Source of the DNA: an uncultured Verrucomicrobiae bacterium
GTDB taxonomy: Bacteria > Verrucomicrobiota > Verrucomicrobiia > Chthoniobacterales > UBA10450
Assembly (NCBI GenBank): GCA_963772365.1
Contig: CAVYXA010000005.1
Location: forward strand, 64,001-128,000
DNA length: 64,000 nt
Reading direction: 5' to 3'
The notes below the pieces were generated by a model. It saw nothing but the letters and a program-made list of their open reading frames with translations. It did not search any database and was not told where the DNA came from. Position numbers and translations under genes: made by a program. Below, in pieces: positions 30,509-42,607 of the stretch (its first letter is position 1; every line of letters starts with the position of its first letter).

Positions 30509-31258
30509 TTATCCAACAGTTGTGCGGCGCTGATGAATAAATTTCCGATGGAAGAGAAAGAGCCCACCCAAGCCCAGTGTCAGCAAGGCGACAGTCGTTC
30601 CGCTGTCTGGAACAGGAACAAGAATCAACTGGTCCTGTACGTATCCAGTCAAGTTAGGATTTATCCACAAGTTGAGAACACCGACACCAAAGCCACGGTG
30701 AACGTTATCGGCCATCGCGTGTGCTGCAGTGCCAAATCTAGTCACGACTGCCACCTCGAATTTATTACTGGGGTCGTAACTAAGGCCGGCCTCTCCCTCG
30801 AGCCACCACATGGCGTTTTGCAGCAGCCCAGCATCCGCGTTGGTATACAAATAACTCGTCAAACCATCGAACGATGTGTTTCGAGCGAAGTTAGAATAAA
30901 GCCAGGCAGTACCTCTCGAGAGGGGGTCGCTCGGACCGCCGCTTCCTCCCAAAAGCGCTGCATCGCTAATAGCATACGTATATGTAGAACCGGGATTAAA
31001 ATGCTCATTGTATTCCACGCAGAATGTTTCGAAGCCCACGCCATGCCCCGTGTTAGCGATCGCCGACGCCCCGTAGCCCATCGAAGCGGGATTCAGAGTT
31101 GTAGAATACGCGTTGAATTCTCCTCCCAGACCAGAGTGATGGACCCCATAATCTAGAATCAGCGTGTTCGCGGAAACCTTTGGAAGAAATAAGGATATCG
31201 ACGCAAAGGCGATCACGGCGACAGAAAGGAGCTTCGCGGAGTAAGTCAGAGTTTTCAT
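30509..31258 (-). CDS. VPDSG-CTERM sorted protein
   Basis: Signal peptide; TFCVE and QxAxW motifs; VPDSGTTVALLTLGLGGLFLFHRK. Confidence 0.9.
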   Translation of the reverse strand: MKTLTYSAKLLSVAVIAFASISLFLPKVSANTLILDYGVHHSGLGGEFNAYSTTLNPASMGYGASAIANTGHGVGFETFCVEYNEHFNPGSTYTYAISDAALLGGSGGPSDPLSRGTAWLYSNFARNTSFDGLTSYLYTNADAGLLQNAMWWLEGEAGLSYDPSNKFEVAVVTRFGTAAHAMADNVHRGFGVGVLNLWINPNLTGYVQDQLILVPVPDSGTTVALLTLGLGGLFLFHRKFIHQRRTTVG

Positions 31259-31293
31259 AGTTTCAAAAATAGATTGTAAGTGCCGAGGAATAC

Positions 31294-31519
31294 AGCAAGC
31301 ATCGCGCCACGAATCGTTCTGCCGCTTCTTAACTAGATGCAGGTAGCTAATGTTGTGCGGCTTATAAATAAATCATCGTCTTTTTCAACAGACGGCAACT
31401 TTGTCGAAATCGTAAAACATTCCGACGATTTCGCGCCAGGAGGTGGTTTGCCACTTTGAGCACGCTGCCCGTCGAGCATTCAGAAATGGGATCGACGCTC
31501 GAGTGGCAGGCGCGATGCT
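31294..31519. promoter_or_regulatory. Divergent sigma54 promoters sharing one enhancer
   Basis: Minus strand TGGCGCGATGCTTGCT (31294-31309); enhancer on minus strand 31411-31426; plus strand TGGCAGGCGCGATGCT (31504-31519). Confidence 0.75.
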
Positions 31520-31599
31520 GAGTTTTATTTCGGGACACCGCAGCGAGTTTGAAAACAAATAGGCTGACGTTTCGCAGAGAGGTCTTTACAATAGCTGAA

Positions 31600-32187
31600 A
31601 TGAAGTCGCATCTTCTTATCCTAACGATGGCTGCCGTTTTGATTGGCTGCCAGAGCATCAATCACTCCGTTATCACGGAAAAGCAGACGGCAGCTTCTGC
31701 GCCCGTGAAATTGAGGCCTGGCGACGTGATTAAACTGACATTTGCCGGCGCACCGGAATTGAACCAATCGCAGAAAATCAGGGGAGATGGGAAAATCAAT
31801 CTTCCGCTTGTCGGCGAGGTAACCGCGTCGGGCAAGACGGTTCCAGGATTTCAGGCTGAACTCGTCGGGTTATATAAATCGCAGCTCAAAGACAGCGAGG
31901 TCTTAGTGACACTGGAAAGCGGCGTCACGAATGTTGTGGTTTCCGGCTATGTGAGCAAGCCGGGCCGGCAGGTGTTCGACCGCCCGACGACCGTGTTCCA
32001 AGCGATCATGCAGGCTGGCGGCCCGAACCAGTATGGAAATTTGGGCAAGGTCCGTCTGATCCGAACAGTTAGCGGCAGGCAGCATGCAGAAACACTGAAT
32101 CTCAAGATCGCAATGAGCGGACAAACGACCGAAGCGGTCTATGTCAAGGACGGCGACGTAATTTACGTGCCCCAGAAGCTGTTCTAG
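31600..32187 (+). CDS. Polysaccharide export lipoprotein (Wza-like)
   Basis: Lipobox LIGC; LRPGDVI; DGKINLPLVG; SLBB; DGDVIYVP. Confidence 0.9.
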   Translation: MKSHLLILTMAAVLIGCQSINHSVITEKQTAASAPVKLRPGDVIKLTFAGAPELNQSQKIRGDGKINLPLVGEVTASGKTVPGFQAELVGLYKSQLKDSEVLVTLESGVTNVVVSGYVSKPGRQVFDRPTTVFQAIMQAGGPNQYGNLGKVRLIRTVSGRQHAETLNLKIAMSGQTTEAVYVKDGDVIYVPQKLF

Positions 32188-32375
32188 AGAAATCAGGCTA
32201 AGAACCCTAGGCTGGGCGGAAACAAAGTTTACGATTGCCGCCGCAGCAACTGCTCTGATAAATGCGATTGTCATCTAAAGCCCACACAAGCCACGCATCA
32301 TCTACATCGTGGAAGAAACAGGTATAAATAATCCGAGACTCTTCACTCACACTGACATGAAGCGCTGCTTATAAG

Positions 32376-33629
32376 ATGATCGGTACAACTACAATTCGTT
32401 CAATTGCCTTTGTCGCGGCCATGAGCTGTTTCTTCGTGTCCAAGATCCGGGCGCAGGAAGTTATCACGGAAGAGGAAGGAGAGGAGCAAACGGCATCGGT
32501 TCAAGAAGACGAAGAAGAGGTATCGGACATGGGCATGATCACGGCTGTCCCATTTCATTTTGAGCTGGGCGTCCATGGAGGGTATGACGATAACGCGAGA
32601 CTAAGCAGATCCGGCGGCGGATCGGTCCTTACGAAAGAAGAAGTAAAGATTTCGTATGACCTTCCGAATGAACGCCCGCATCTCCACATCGATTCGGGAG
32701 CTAATTTCACCTACTATCCCGAACTCGGCAGAGGACGGCACGATACTCTCAATGCATTCCTAAATTCGAGTCTGGTCTATCCGTATTCTCCGCGACTTAA
32801 GCTGGCAGTGAACTTTAATGGCGCTTATCGCACCGAACCGGACTTCAGCTCCGATGTGGGTGTAGAGAATCGCCTTTCCAATTTCCTTCAGATCAGTGTT
32901 GGCGGCTCAGGCAGTTACAATTGGACGCCGACCTTTTCTACTGTGACCAGCGAAAATTTCAGGGTGGTCCGATATGACAGTTCTATGCTTGCCTTCTTTT
33001 TGGATCGAAATGAGAACACAATTGGTCAGGAATTCCGCCTGGCCGTCGTCCCCGAAAGCACTGTTCTGGCCCTGACCTACCGATTCCAAACAGTAGATTA
33101 CGAAACATTTTTCCCGCGTGATTCCACTACGAATTATCTGCTGGCCGGTTTCGATAAGAACTTTAATCCGTACCTGAAAGCCACATTCCGCGGAGGTGCA
33201 ACTGTGCGTTCATTCAATAACAGCGGCGCCGCTGCACGCGTCGATCCACATTTTGAGACATCCGTAAGCTATGACGGAGCGCACAATTCGATCCTAAGCT
33301 GGACGACCAGTTACGGTGTTGAACAGCCGAATTCTCGGATAGCGCTTACTCGCACAACCTTTCGTACCGGCTTGGAATTGGCCTACGACGTGACTGCACG
33401 TATACGCGCGACAACTCACATTTTCTATCATATCGACCAAAACGAAGCATTTTTTCCAAACCCCGACTTCTCGTCGGATGCATTCGAGATCTCTTTCGGC
33501 CTCCGCTACGCCTTTAGCGGCCGGTTATCGGCAGTGCTCGATTATCGGCACTCGGAGTTCAGCTCGGATGGCCCGATGCGCAATTCTTCGCACAATCGCT
33601 ATTCCGGGGGCGTGACTTTCAGCTATTAA
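32376..33629 (+). CDS. Outer membrane beta-barrel protein (EPS-associated)
   Basis: Signal peptide, GYDDN, alternating strands, C-terminal aromatic (GVTFSY). Confidence 0.8.
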   Translation: MIGTTTIRSIAFVAAMSCFFVSKIRAQEVITEEEGEEQTASVQEDEEEVSDMGMITAVPFHFELGVHGGYDDNARLSRSGGGSVLTKEEVKISYDLPNERPHLHIDSGANFTYYPELGRGRHDTLNAFLNSSLVYPYSPRLKLAVNFNGAYRTEPDFSSDVGVENRLSNFLQISVGGSGSYNWTPTFSTVTSENFRVVRYDSSMLAFFLDRNENTIGQEFRLAVVPESTVLALTYRFQTVDYETFFPRDSTTNYLLAGFDKNFNPYLKATFRGGATVRSFNNSGAAARVDPHFETSVSYDGAHNSILSWTTSYGVEQPNSRIALTRTTFRTGLELAYDVTARIRATTHIFYHIDQNEAFFPNPDFSSDAFEISFGLRYAFSGRLSAVLDYRHSEFSSDGPMRNSSHNRYSGGVTFSY

Positions 33630-33671
33630 ACAAAACAAATGTCGGCCGGGTGTTAACGATGGCCTAAAGAT

Positions 33672-34733
33672 TTACGGCGCCACGAGCGTCCAGCCTGCCG
33701 CGACGGTTGGGCCATAAGCAGAGCCCGCGCTGGCAGTACCATGCAGATACCAGATGGCAGTTCTTCGTGTGCTGGGACGATAAAGCAGAAAATCCGGCTT
33801 ATTGTCGCGATTGAAATCAGCGACTCCCTTCAGGATGTAACCGCTGGCGACCGTCGGGCCATAGGCGCTGCTTACAAAATGGCCGTTTGATAAATACCAG
33901 ATCGCAGATTTTCGGGTGGATGCTTGGAACAGGACGTAGTCGGGATTGGTGTCGCCATTGAAATCCGTCACAGCGACTAACGACCAGCCAGAGGCAAGAG
34001 TTGGCCCGATTATTTCGCGATTGAAATTGTTTCCAACCAGACACCAGATTCTGGTTTGGCGGGTACTGGAGTTGTACAGGATCAAGTCGGGGTATCGATC
34101 GCCATCCATATCGGTGGCGGCTACCGGTTGCCAGCCAATCAGCGCAGTCGGTCCGTAGGCTCCACGCAGATAACTGGCGCCGGAGAGATACCAGATGGCT
34201 GTTTGTCGCGTGGTTGGATTGAACAGCGCGTAATCGAGATTCCCGTCCCGGTCGAAATCAGCAATAGCTGCGATTGTCCATCCTGCGGGTACGGTCGGTC
34301 CATACGCGCTGGACAAATAGGTGTTGTCATTCAAGTACCAAATGGCGCTTCGACGCGTGCTGAGATTACAGAGCAGATAATCCGGCTTACCATCGTGGTT
34401 AAAATCTGGTGCTCCTTGCGGCATCGGGCCCGGCACCGAATAGGAAACTTCGGTCGAGTAACCGCTTTCCATGCCCGCGCTGTTGTAAGCTGTGACCACG
34501 AAGTAGTATGTGGTCCCGGGATTTCTGCTGTGAACAATGAGGGATGTGGTATTTCCGGCCTCGAACGTCTCTGTATACGACCCCGAGTGTGTCCCCGCGT
34601 AAAGTCGATAGCCGGCGATGTCGGGTTCGACGTTCGCGTCCCAAGCCAGAGAGACGTTTGCGCCCTGGGATGTCTGAGAGAGAAAGGTGGCAATTAGAGC
34701 GAAAAGGGTGATAGATAGAAGTCGGCAACGCAT
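33672..34733 (-). CDS. Secreted FN3 + FG-GAP/VCBS repeat protein
   Basis: VSLAWD...YYFVVTAYN; repeated DFNxDGxxD..TRxxAIWYL. Confidence 0.85.
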   Translation of the reverse strand: MRCRLLSITLFALIATFLSQTSQGANVSLAWDANVEPDIAGYRLYAGTHSGSYTETFEAGNTTSLIVHSRNPGTTYYFVVTAYNSAGMESGYSTEVSYSVPGPMPQGAPDFNHDGKPDYLLCNLSTRRSAIWYLNDNTYLSSAYGPTVPAGWTIAAIADFDRDGNLDYALFNPTTRQTAIWYLSGASYLRGAYGPTALIGWQPVAATDMDGDRYPDLILYNSSTRQTRIWCLVGNNFNREIIGPTLASGWSLVAVTDFNGDTNPDYVLFQASTRKSAIWYLSNGHFVSSAYGPTVASGYILKGVADFNRDNKPDFLLYRPSTRRTAIWYLHGTASAGSAYGPTVAAGWTLVAP

Positions 34734-34856
34734 CTATTGATATTATGAGAATTATAAGCAGCAGCCGTGCCGATTCGGGGCGATTTTCAAAAGCGCGAGC
34801 CCAAAGCGAATCCGTTGGAAAGAGGGGCGAACGGTGATCCGTAATGCCGTAACAAA

Positions 34857-36970
34857 ATGAACTGGAACATCTTGCTGGCATTTATTGCCGCTGGATTTAG
34901 CGCCGGGTTGGCTTTGCTCGCAACGGTGCGCAGCCGCCGCCCCATTACTCGCTGGTCTTTCAGCGCTGGCATGCTGCTGTTCAGCCTCGAGGCTTTGCTG
35001 GCAGCGCTCAGTTTCGAAGCTGCTTCTCAGGAGAATGCAGCGTTCTGGCAAAATCTTAGTCTGCTCGTGAAGATGTTTCTCCCAGGAGTATGGTTTCTTT
35101 TTAGTCTCACCTATTCGAGAGCCAACTATCGCGAATTTCTTGGCCGGTCGCGGCTGTTGCTTGCCGCCCTGTTCCTGCTGCCCCTTCTCTGGCTCGTCAC
35201 GTCGCGTTTCCCGCTCCTCCAAATCGTAACTTATAAGGAACCGCTCGAAGGCTGGGGCTTGCATTTCAGTCAAACAGCGAAAATTCTCAACGGGCTTTTC
35301 CTGATCTCGATGATCCTGATTTTGACGAACCTGGAACGGACGTTTCGCGCGGCCGTTGGAACCATGCGATGGCGAATTAAGTTCCTGGTGATTGGACTTG
35401 CGATTATTTTTGGTGCCCGAATTTACAGTGGCACACAGTCTCTCCTGTTCTCGGGTACAGTTTGGGCGAGCTTAATGTCAAGACTATTGCCCTCGTAATC
35501 GGATGCTGCCTGATCGCTGCAGGTTATTTCAGAAGCGGTTTTGCCGAGATCGATCTTTATCCGTCGCGCGCCGTCCTTCACACTTCGGTAACGGCGTTGT
35601 TGGCCGGAGCCTACCTGTTCGTTGTGGGAGTACTGGCCCAAATCGTTGCTCGGTTTGGTGGCGCAGCGACATTTCCGATCGCAGCGTTTTTGGTCCTCGT
35701 CGGAATTGCAGCGCTGGCGCTGCTACTGCTTTCCGAGCGGCTTCGACAAAGCTCGCAGTTATTTGTTAGCCGCCACTTCAAAAGACCGCAGCATGATTTC
35801 CGACAAATCTGGACTCGATTTGCTCGGGCTTCATCCGCCCCGCTTGATCCAGAGAGTCTCAGCGCGACCGTGGCCCGGCTCATCTCGGAAATTTTCGGGG
35901 CGCTCTCGGTCTCGGTTTGGCTGGTAAATCCGCAACAGGATCGGCTTGTGCGTGCAGGATCGACATCGGATGCGGAACCAAAGGGTGATGCTGATCTGCC
36001 TGACTGGATCGACGCGGAACAAAAGGCGCTGATTGAGCTGGGCAAAAATCCGCGCCCGTTTCAACCAGCCAGGACGAACAGCGTCTGGCCAAAATCTCTG
36101 ATGCCGGTTACCCGCGGCCGATTCCGGACCGGTGGCGATCCAGTTGTTGTTCCGCTGGTAACCGGAGATCAAACGCTGGGGATCATAGTGCTGGCCGACC
36201 GAGTCCGCGGCCAAATCTATACGCCGGAAGAAATGGATCTGCTCAAGTGCATTGGCGATCAGGTCGGGGCGAATCTTTTGAACCTGCGCCTCACTCGCGA
36301 AATCGTGGAACGAAAAGAAGTCGAAGCATTCCAGTCCATTGCCGCCTTCTTTGTTCACGATTTGAAGAATGCCGCGTCCACGCTCGGGCTTATGTTGCAG
36401 AACCTGCCGATTCATTTCGATGATCCTGCCTTTCGCCAGGATGCCTTGCGCGGAATTGAAAGCGCGGCCGGCCGGATGAACCAGCTAATCGAACGAATGA
36501 ATAGTTTTCGTTCCGAATTGCGGCTCGATCTTGTCGATCTCGATCTAAATTCTTTGATTCAGGAAACACTTGGAAACTTGAACGGCAGTATTCGCGGTGA
36601 GGTTGTCACCAATCTCGCTGCGCTACCATCGATATCGGCAGATCCAGCTCAGCTTCAAAGCGTGATCACAAATCTCGTCCTAAACGCAAATGATGCCCTC
36701 GTGCCTGACGGGCGGATAGTCGTGGAAACGGCTCGCCAGGAACCATGGGTCAGATTCTCGATTTCGGACAATGGTTGCGGCATGAGCGAAGAATTCGTGA
36801 AGACTTCCCTGTTTCGACCGTTTCGGACGAGTAAGAAAAAAGGGCTCGGTATTGGTATGTTTCAGGCAAGAATCATTGTCGAAGCGCATCGCGGGAAAAT
36901 CCAGGTCGAGAGCGCTGTCGGCGCGGGAACCACGTTTCGAGTGCTCTTGCCGATAACAGCCAAAACCTGA
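34857..36970 (+). CDS. prsK: PEP-CTERM system sensor histidine kinase (frameshift near 35460)
   Basis: Multi-TM N-terminus, GAF, FFVHDLKN, GLGIGMFQ. Confidence 0.9.
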
Positions 36971-36998
36971 AATGCTGAAAATCTGAAAAGCTGAAATC
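36962..36998 (+). repeat. CTGAAA 8-nt repeats
   Basis: ctgaaatg-ctgaaaat-ctgaaaag-ctgaaatc. Confidence 0.8.
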
Positions 36999-37073
36999 AA
37001 ATATGCGGCTTAACTTGGAATTTCGGCGAGGTGCAAAACGGTACTCTTCTGCCATCATTCAGTATTTAACTTA

Positions 37074-38462
37074 ATGAAGTCAACCTTACTGATCGTTGAC
37101 GACGACCCGGAGATTCGGACCCAAATGAAATGGGCCCTCGGGAACGATTATGAAATTGTAGCCGCGGAGGGCCGCGACGGCGCGGTTAGCGCTTTCAAGA
37201 CATCCCGTCCGGTAGCTGTCCTGCTGGATCTTGGCTTACCACCGCATCCGAACGATCCGACGGAAGGAATGGCCACGCTGCATGAAATACTTACCATCGA
37301 CAGCCAGGCAAAAGTGATCGTCGTCTCCGGACAAGGCAAGAAGCAAAACGCGATCGAAGCGGTCGGCGCCGGCGCTTACGATTTCCTGTGTAAACCAATC
37401 GATGTCGAGGAATTGAAGCTGATTCTGCGGCGGTGCATTTACGTGGCAAACCTGGAAGCCGAGTACCGCGACATGCAGCGGAAAACGGCTCCAGATGAAT
37501 TCGAAAACATGCTCGGCGCCAGCCCGGAAATTCAGGGCGTGTTCGCGTTCATTCGAAAAGTGGCAACGACAACGGCTCCTGTCCTTTTGTTAGGCGAAAG
37601 CGGTACCGGCAAAGAGATGGCGGCAATGGCGATTCATCATCGAAGCACGCGCAAGGACGGCCCGTTCATCGCCATCAATTGTAACGCGATTCCCGAAAAT
37701 CTCCTGGAGAGCGAGCTGTTCGGCCACGAGAAAGGCTCGTTTACCGGCGCTCACACCCAAAGAAAAGGCCTGATCGAAAATGCTGCCGGCGGAACCCTTT
37801 TCCTGGACGAGATCGGCGAGTTGCCACCGAGTATTCAAGTAAAGCTGCTGCGGTTCTTGCAGGAACAACGGTTTCAGCGGGTCGGCGGTCGGCAGGAGAT
37901 CCAGATCGATACCCGGGTGATCGTGGCCACAAACGCCGATCTAAAGGAATCAGTAGCAAAAGGAAAATTCCGGGAGGACCTCTATTTCCGTATCGCTGTC
38001 GTGGTACTCAAGTTGCCGCCCTTGCGCGAGCGCGGCGAGGATGTCGATCTTCTGGCCCGGTCATTCCTGCAACAATTTGCGGTGCAATGCGAAAAGAACG
38101 CGATGACATTTTCGCCGGATGCGCTCAAGGCAATTCGTCGCCACGCCTGGCCGGGAAACGTGCGAGAGCTTCAAAACCGGGTGAAACGCGCGGTCATTAT
38201 GGCGGACGGGAAACGCATTTCCGCGGCGGATTTGGAATTAGTGGGTAATTCAGAACTGATTCGACCGGCCACACTTCGTGAAGTGCGGGAAAGCGTCGAG
38301 CGAGAGCTGGTCACACAAACTCTAAAAAAACATTCGGGCCGAATTACCCAGGCCGCCGCCGATCTGGGCATAAGCCGTCCAACTTTGTACGAGCTGATGG
38401 AGAAACTCGGCATCGGCAAGGCGGAGAACCCTTCCGAAGCGGCAGAACAAACAGTTCCCTGA
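37074..38462 (+). CDS. prsR: PEP-CTERM system sigma54-dependent response regulator
   Basis: REC (LDLGLPP), GESGTGKE, GSFTGA, WPGNVREL, HTH GISRPTLY. Confidence 0.93.
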   Translation: MKSTLLIVDDDPEIRTQMKWALGNDYEIVAAEGRDGAVSAFKTSRPVAVLLDLGLPPHPNDPTEGMATLHEILTIDSQAKVIVVSGQGKKQNAIEAVGAGAYDFLCKPIDVEELKLILRRCIYVANLEAEYRDMQRKTAPDEFENMLGASPEIQGVFAFIRKVATTTAPVLLLGESGTGKEMAAMAIHHRSTRKDGPFIAINCNAIPENLLESELFGHEKGSFTGAHTQRKGLIENAAGGTLFLDEIGELPPSIQVKLLRFLQEQRFQRVGGRQEIQIDTRVIVATNADLKESVAKGKFREDLYFRIAVVVLKLPPLRERGEDVDLLARSFLQQFAVQCEKNAMTFSPDALKAIRRHAWPGNVRELQNRVKRAVIMADGKRISAADLELVGNSELIRPATLREVRESVERELVTQTLKKHSGRITQAAADLGISRPTLYELMEKLGIGKAENPSEAAEQTVP

Positions 38463-38551
38463 TGGCGGGTGGCTCTGAATCCGTGGCATGCGCTCGGTTT
38501 TGTGCTTCAATATCAACCCGTCGCTTCGCTAAACCCCCTTCCAGGTTACTT

Positions 38552-41500
38552 ATGATATTAATCCACAAAAACACTCACAGATTGCTTCTACTTTTGCTGC
38601 CGGTCCTCTTTTTCTCGGGTTGTTCTCCTGCCGCAAAGAAGGCGCGAATTCTCGACCGGGCCGATCGCTATTTCAAAGCTGGTGAATACGACAAGGCGAA
38701 AATCGAATACATGAACCTGCTCCGGGTGGATCATCAGAATATCAGGGCTTTCCGGCAACTCGGCTTCATCTGGTCGGAAGAAGGTGCGCCGCTCCGGGCC
38801 GTTCCATTTTTGCTGAAGGTGCGCGAACTGGCGCCGCAAGATGTGGCTGCGCGATCAAAATTGATGGCTGAAATGGTCGCCATCGGAGATCGACGCGAAG
38901 CGAGAAAAGAGGCATCGTCGATCCTTGAGCGCGACCCCTCCAATGCCGACGCCATTATTGTCCTGGCTGATGCTAGCCAGACCAAGGAAGATATTGCGGC
39001 AGCTGAGGAACAGGTAAGCAAATTCCCCGATAAAAATACGGCTGCGTTTCATCTCGCTCAGGCAACTCTGACGGCGAAAAAAGGCGATCTTGGCGCCGCT
39101 TCCGATGAAGTCCAACAGGCGATCGCTGCCGATCCGAAATCAGCACGGGCTCATTTGATAATGGCTTATTTGTATTTGCTGCGAAAGAACCCCACGCATG
39201 CCGGGCCAGAACTGAAAGCGGCTGCTGAACTTTCTCCTCTGAGATCTGAGGAACAGATCAAAGTACGCCGAGTATCAGGTGGCGAATGGCGCCCGGGACG
39301 ATGCAAAAGCACTACTGCAAAAAATAACAAAGAGTGCTCCCGATTACCTTCCGGCCTGGCGCGCTCTCGCGTCGGTCGCTCTCCTGGAAAAGAAATACGA
39401 TGAAGCGCTCTCGGCGTTGGAAAATATTTTCAGTCGCGATCCCGATAATGCGGATGGTCGACTTTTGCAGGCTCAGGTCTGGCTCGCCAAAGGTGAGCCG
39501 AGCAAGGCAGTTAGTGCCCTGGAGAAGGTCGATCGCACTTATCCCAACAATCCTCTGATCAAGCTTCATCTCGCCCGGGCATACGTAGCCAACAAAGACG
39601 CGGAAAAAGCCAGGGTGGCGCTCGAGCAAGCGATCTCGAGCAAGCCCGATTTTACCGAGGCTGTATTGTCCCTGGCCGAGCTGAATCTGCGATCCGGGAA
39701 AGCGCAGGCTGCTGTAGGGCCACTGGAAGAGTTGCGCAAAAGGCGACCAGATCTGCCGCAAGTCCGCATCCTGCTGGCCAGCGCCTATCAATTGCTCGGC
39801 CGTCTTGACGATGCCGCTTCGATTTTCCGCGAACAAGCTGAACAGAATCCGCAGGCTCCGGATGCTCACTTCTTCCTCGGGGTCATTTTGCGTCAGCAGA
39901 AAAAGGATTCCCATGCGCGCAAGGAATTTGAAAAAGCGCTGGAGCTAAAACCGGATAACTGGCTGGCAATCGATAATCTGACCGAGATGGATATTGTCGA
40001 CAAGCAATACGATCTAGCGATTGAGCGGGCTCAGCGTTATGTCGAAAAGAAACCTGATCTCGCGCCGGGTCATTACCTGTTGGGGAAAATCTACGCCGCC
40101 CGGCAGGATTGGCCCAAGGCCGAAGCGGAATTGAAAAAGACGCTCGATCTCGATCCAAACTTCGGGCTTGCCTACAATGGACTGGTATCGATCTACGTTG
40201 CCCAAAAGAAGCTTCCCCAGGCGATTTCCGAAGTCGAAGGGGTACTGAAACAGCAGCCCGACAATGGGCGCGCTCTATTGACGCTCGCTCTTCTGCAAGA
40301 GCAGATGAAAGATTATTCCAAAGCCCGCGATGCTTACGAGAAAGTTCTCAAGGTTAGCCCCGACACTGTCGTAGCGCTGAACAATCTCTCTTATCTGTAC
40401 GCAGAACGGTTTCACCAGCTCGATCGCGCGTACGAGCTGGCCCAGAAAGCCCATAATCTTCAGTCGGATAACGCTTCGATTAACGATTCGCTCGGCTGGA
40501 TTCTGTATGAGCGCGGCGATTATCAGCAGGCTCTGCCACTGCTGCAAGAAAGCGTTGGTAAACTACCGGATAATCCCGAAGTGCAATATCATCTCGGTAT
40601 GACGGCTTCCATGATGGGCCAGGCCGAGATCGCGCGAGTGGCCTTGAAAAAGGCCGCGGATTCCACTGTCGATTTTCCCGGTAAACAAGAGGCTCAACAG
40701 CGCCTCGCGGCGCTCAGTCATTCCACTGGGAGCACGACATCCGAGTCGTCTTCAAATGTCGTCGCCCTGACTCGGCACGCGGAGGACCTTGAGAAAAATG
40801 GCGAACCTGCCAAGGCTGCTGAGGCCTATGAGGAGGCTTTAAAGCTCAATCCGAAGTTGCCTGATGTCCCCTTGAAACTGGCACAGCTTTATGCCGGTCC
40901 TTTGCACAACCGCGAAAGGGCCCTTGAATTCGCCAAGAACGCTCGAGCCTTGGCTCCGAACGACACTAAAAGCGCTGCGGTTCTGGGGCGACTTGCATTG
41001 CAATCCGGCAATTACAGTTGGGCTTACAGCCTTCTCCGGGAAACCGTTAGGCGAGGGAGCACTGATCCTGCGGTCCTTCACGATTTCGCGATGGCGACTT
41101 ATGCGCTCGGCAACGTTCCCGACGCGCGCCGCACCATGAATCGCTTGTTAGAAGCGAACCCAGATCCCAATCTGGCAAACGAAGCAAAAATGTTTCTTGA
41201 GATGACGGCACTTGAGCAACCCTCGCCCGAAACCATGGCGGCCAAGCCAGAGATCGACAATGCACTGAATCGAGAGCCGGATTACGTCCCAGCATTGATG
41301 GCGCGTGCCGCAATTCAGCTTCAACAGAACGATCATAAAGCGGCAACCGACAACTACCAAAAGGTGCTGCAGAAATATTCCGATTTCGCCCCGGCTCAAA
41401 AACGGTTGGCCGCGCTTTACGCTGAGACTCCTGAGACGCTTACCAAGGCTTACGATCTAGCGATGAAAGCGCGCAAAGTCCTCCCTAATGATACCGACCT

Positions 41501-41747
41501 GGCGCTGACCTTCGGCGAGATCAGTTATCAGCGAAAGGAATTTCCCTATGCGATCCAGTTATTCCAGCAAGCCGCTGCGAAGCAGTCGCTACCGGCCAAA
41601 GATCTTTTTTATCTGGGCATGGCTCAATTACAAACACGCCAGGCCGCAAATGGCCGCGAGACGCTGGATCGCGCGTTGAAGGCTGGCCTGTCGGGTTCAC
41701 TAGCCGACGAAGCAAAGAAACGCCTCGCTGAACAGCCGCAGCGGTAG
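38552..41747 (+). CDS. prsT: TPR lipoprotein, PrsT-like (frameshift near 39262)
   Basis: Lipobox FSGC, many TPRs, LNNLSY...DSLGW; follows prsKR. Confidence 0.8.
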
Positions 41748-41838
41748 GACGGTGGCAAACAGGTTGCATGTTGAAGCGCAGCCCGGCTTGGACGTGATCC
41801 TTGGCCGACCGGTAAATATGGTTTACAATCGCGTTAAG

Positions 41839-42096
41839 ATGAAGGCGACGCTCGAGATCCCCGAGCCTCTTTTCCGAAAAGCGAAATCTATTGCCGCGCG
41901 GCAGGGACGGACCCTTAAGCAGTTCGTGAACGAGGCGTTATCGGAGAAACTCGCACGGGCAGACGGCGCGATTAACCGGCAAAAGCCGTGGATGGGATTG
42001 GCAGGCAGTTTAAAGCATCTTCAAGCTGAGAATCGCCGAATCGAACGCGTTATCGAGGCGGAGTTCGAAACCATCGAGTCCGAAGACCAACAGTGA
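41839..42096 (+). CDS. RHH antitoxin (VapB-like)
   Basis: MKATLEIPEPLFRKAK..AA.QGRTLKQFVNEAL; overlaps a PIN gene. Confidence 0.75.
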   Translation: MKATLEIPEPLFRKAKSIAARQGRTLKQFVNEALSEKLARADGAINRQKPWMGLAGSLKHLQAENRRIERVIEAEFETIESEDQQ

Positions 42097-42344
42097 TTCT
42101 TGACACCAACGCGCTCTCGGCCTTTGCCGAAGGCGTTCCGCTAGTAGTGCAACAGGTCGGCGCAACCGATGATCTGCACGTTCCGGTAATTGTGCTGGGC
42201 GAGTACGTTTTCGTATCGCGACCTCGCGACGGCGGCGCGAATATGAAGAATGGCTGGCCCGCGGCCCGGCAGCACGACCTTCCAATTCTGAGCCGGGACA
42301 GTGACTTCGATGCTGTCCCACATCCCACCCGTCTTTCCTGGTAG
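42093..42344 (+). pseudogene. vapC: VapC PIN toxin with internal deletion
   Basis: MILDTNALS, VIVLGE and ILSRDSDFD are present; the central region with the D..IAA motif is missing; 83 aa. Confidence 0.7.
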
Positions 42345-42449
42345 CATTCAGCGTTTCAGTTTTTCCCTTGGCCCGCCTGCCTGCTCGCGAAAGCCTTCGG
42401 AGTAGCCTCGCGCGAAGGAAGCAGCCTTTCAGATTTTTCTCGAGTTTTC

Positions 42450-42558
42450 GTCGGATATCTTTACGGAAATCTAATTAGGTAGCACAATACGCATATTTTC
42501 AATTACTTGATTCTCAATGGTTTACGACCTGATTGAAAGGCATGGCATCAGGTATGCT
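42450..42558 (+). promoter_or_regulatory. Enhancer + IHF-like site + sigma54 promoter
   Basis: GTCGGATATCTTTACG (42450-42465); AATCAAGTAATTG on minus strand (42500-42512); TGGCATCAGGTATGCT (42543-42558). Confidence 0.8.
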
Positions 42559-42607
42559 TACGTTATAGGCTGCTAGACCCTCAACCTTAACAAGAAAGAA
42601 AAATAGT

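Noticed and set aside
30449..31156. 235-aa plus-strand ORF
   Set aside because: Shadow of the VPDSG-CTERM gene on the minus strand.
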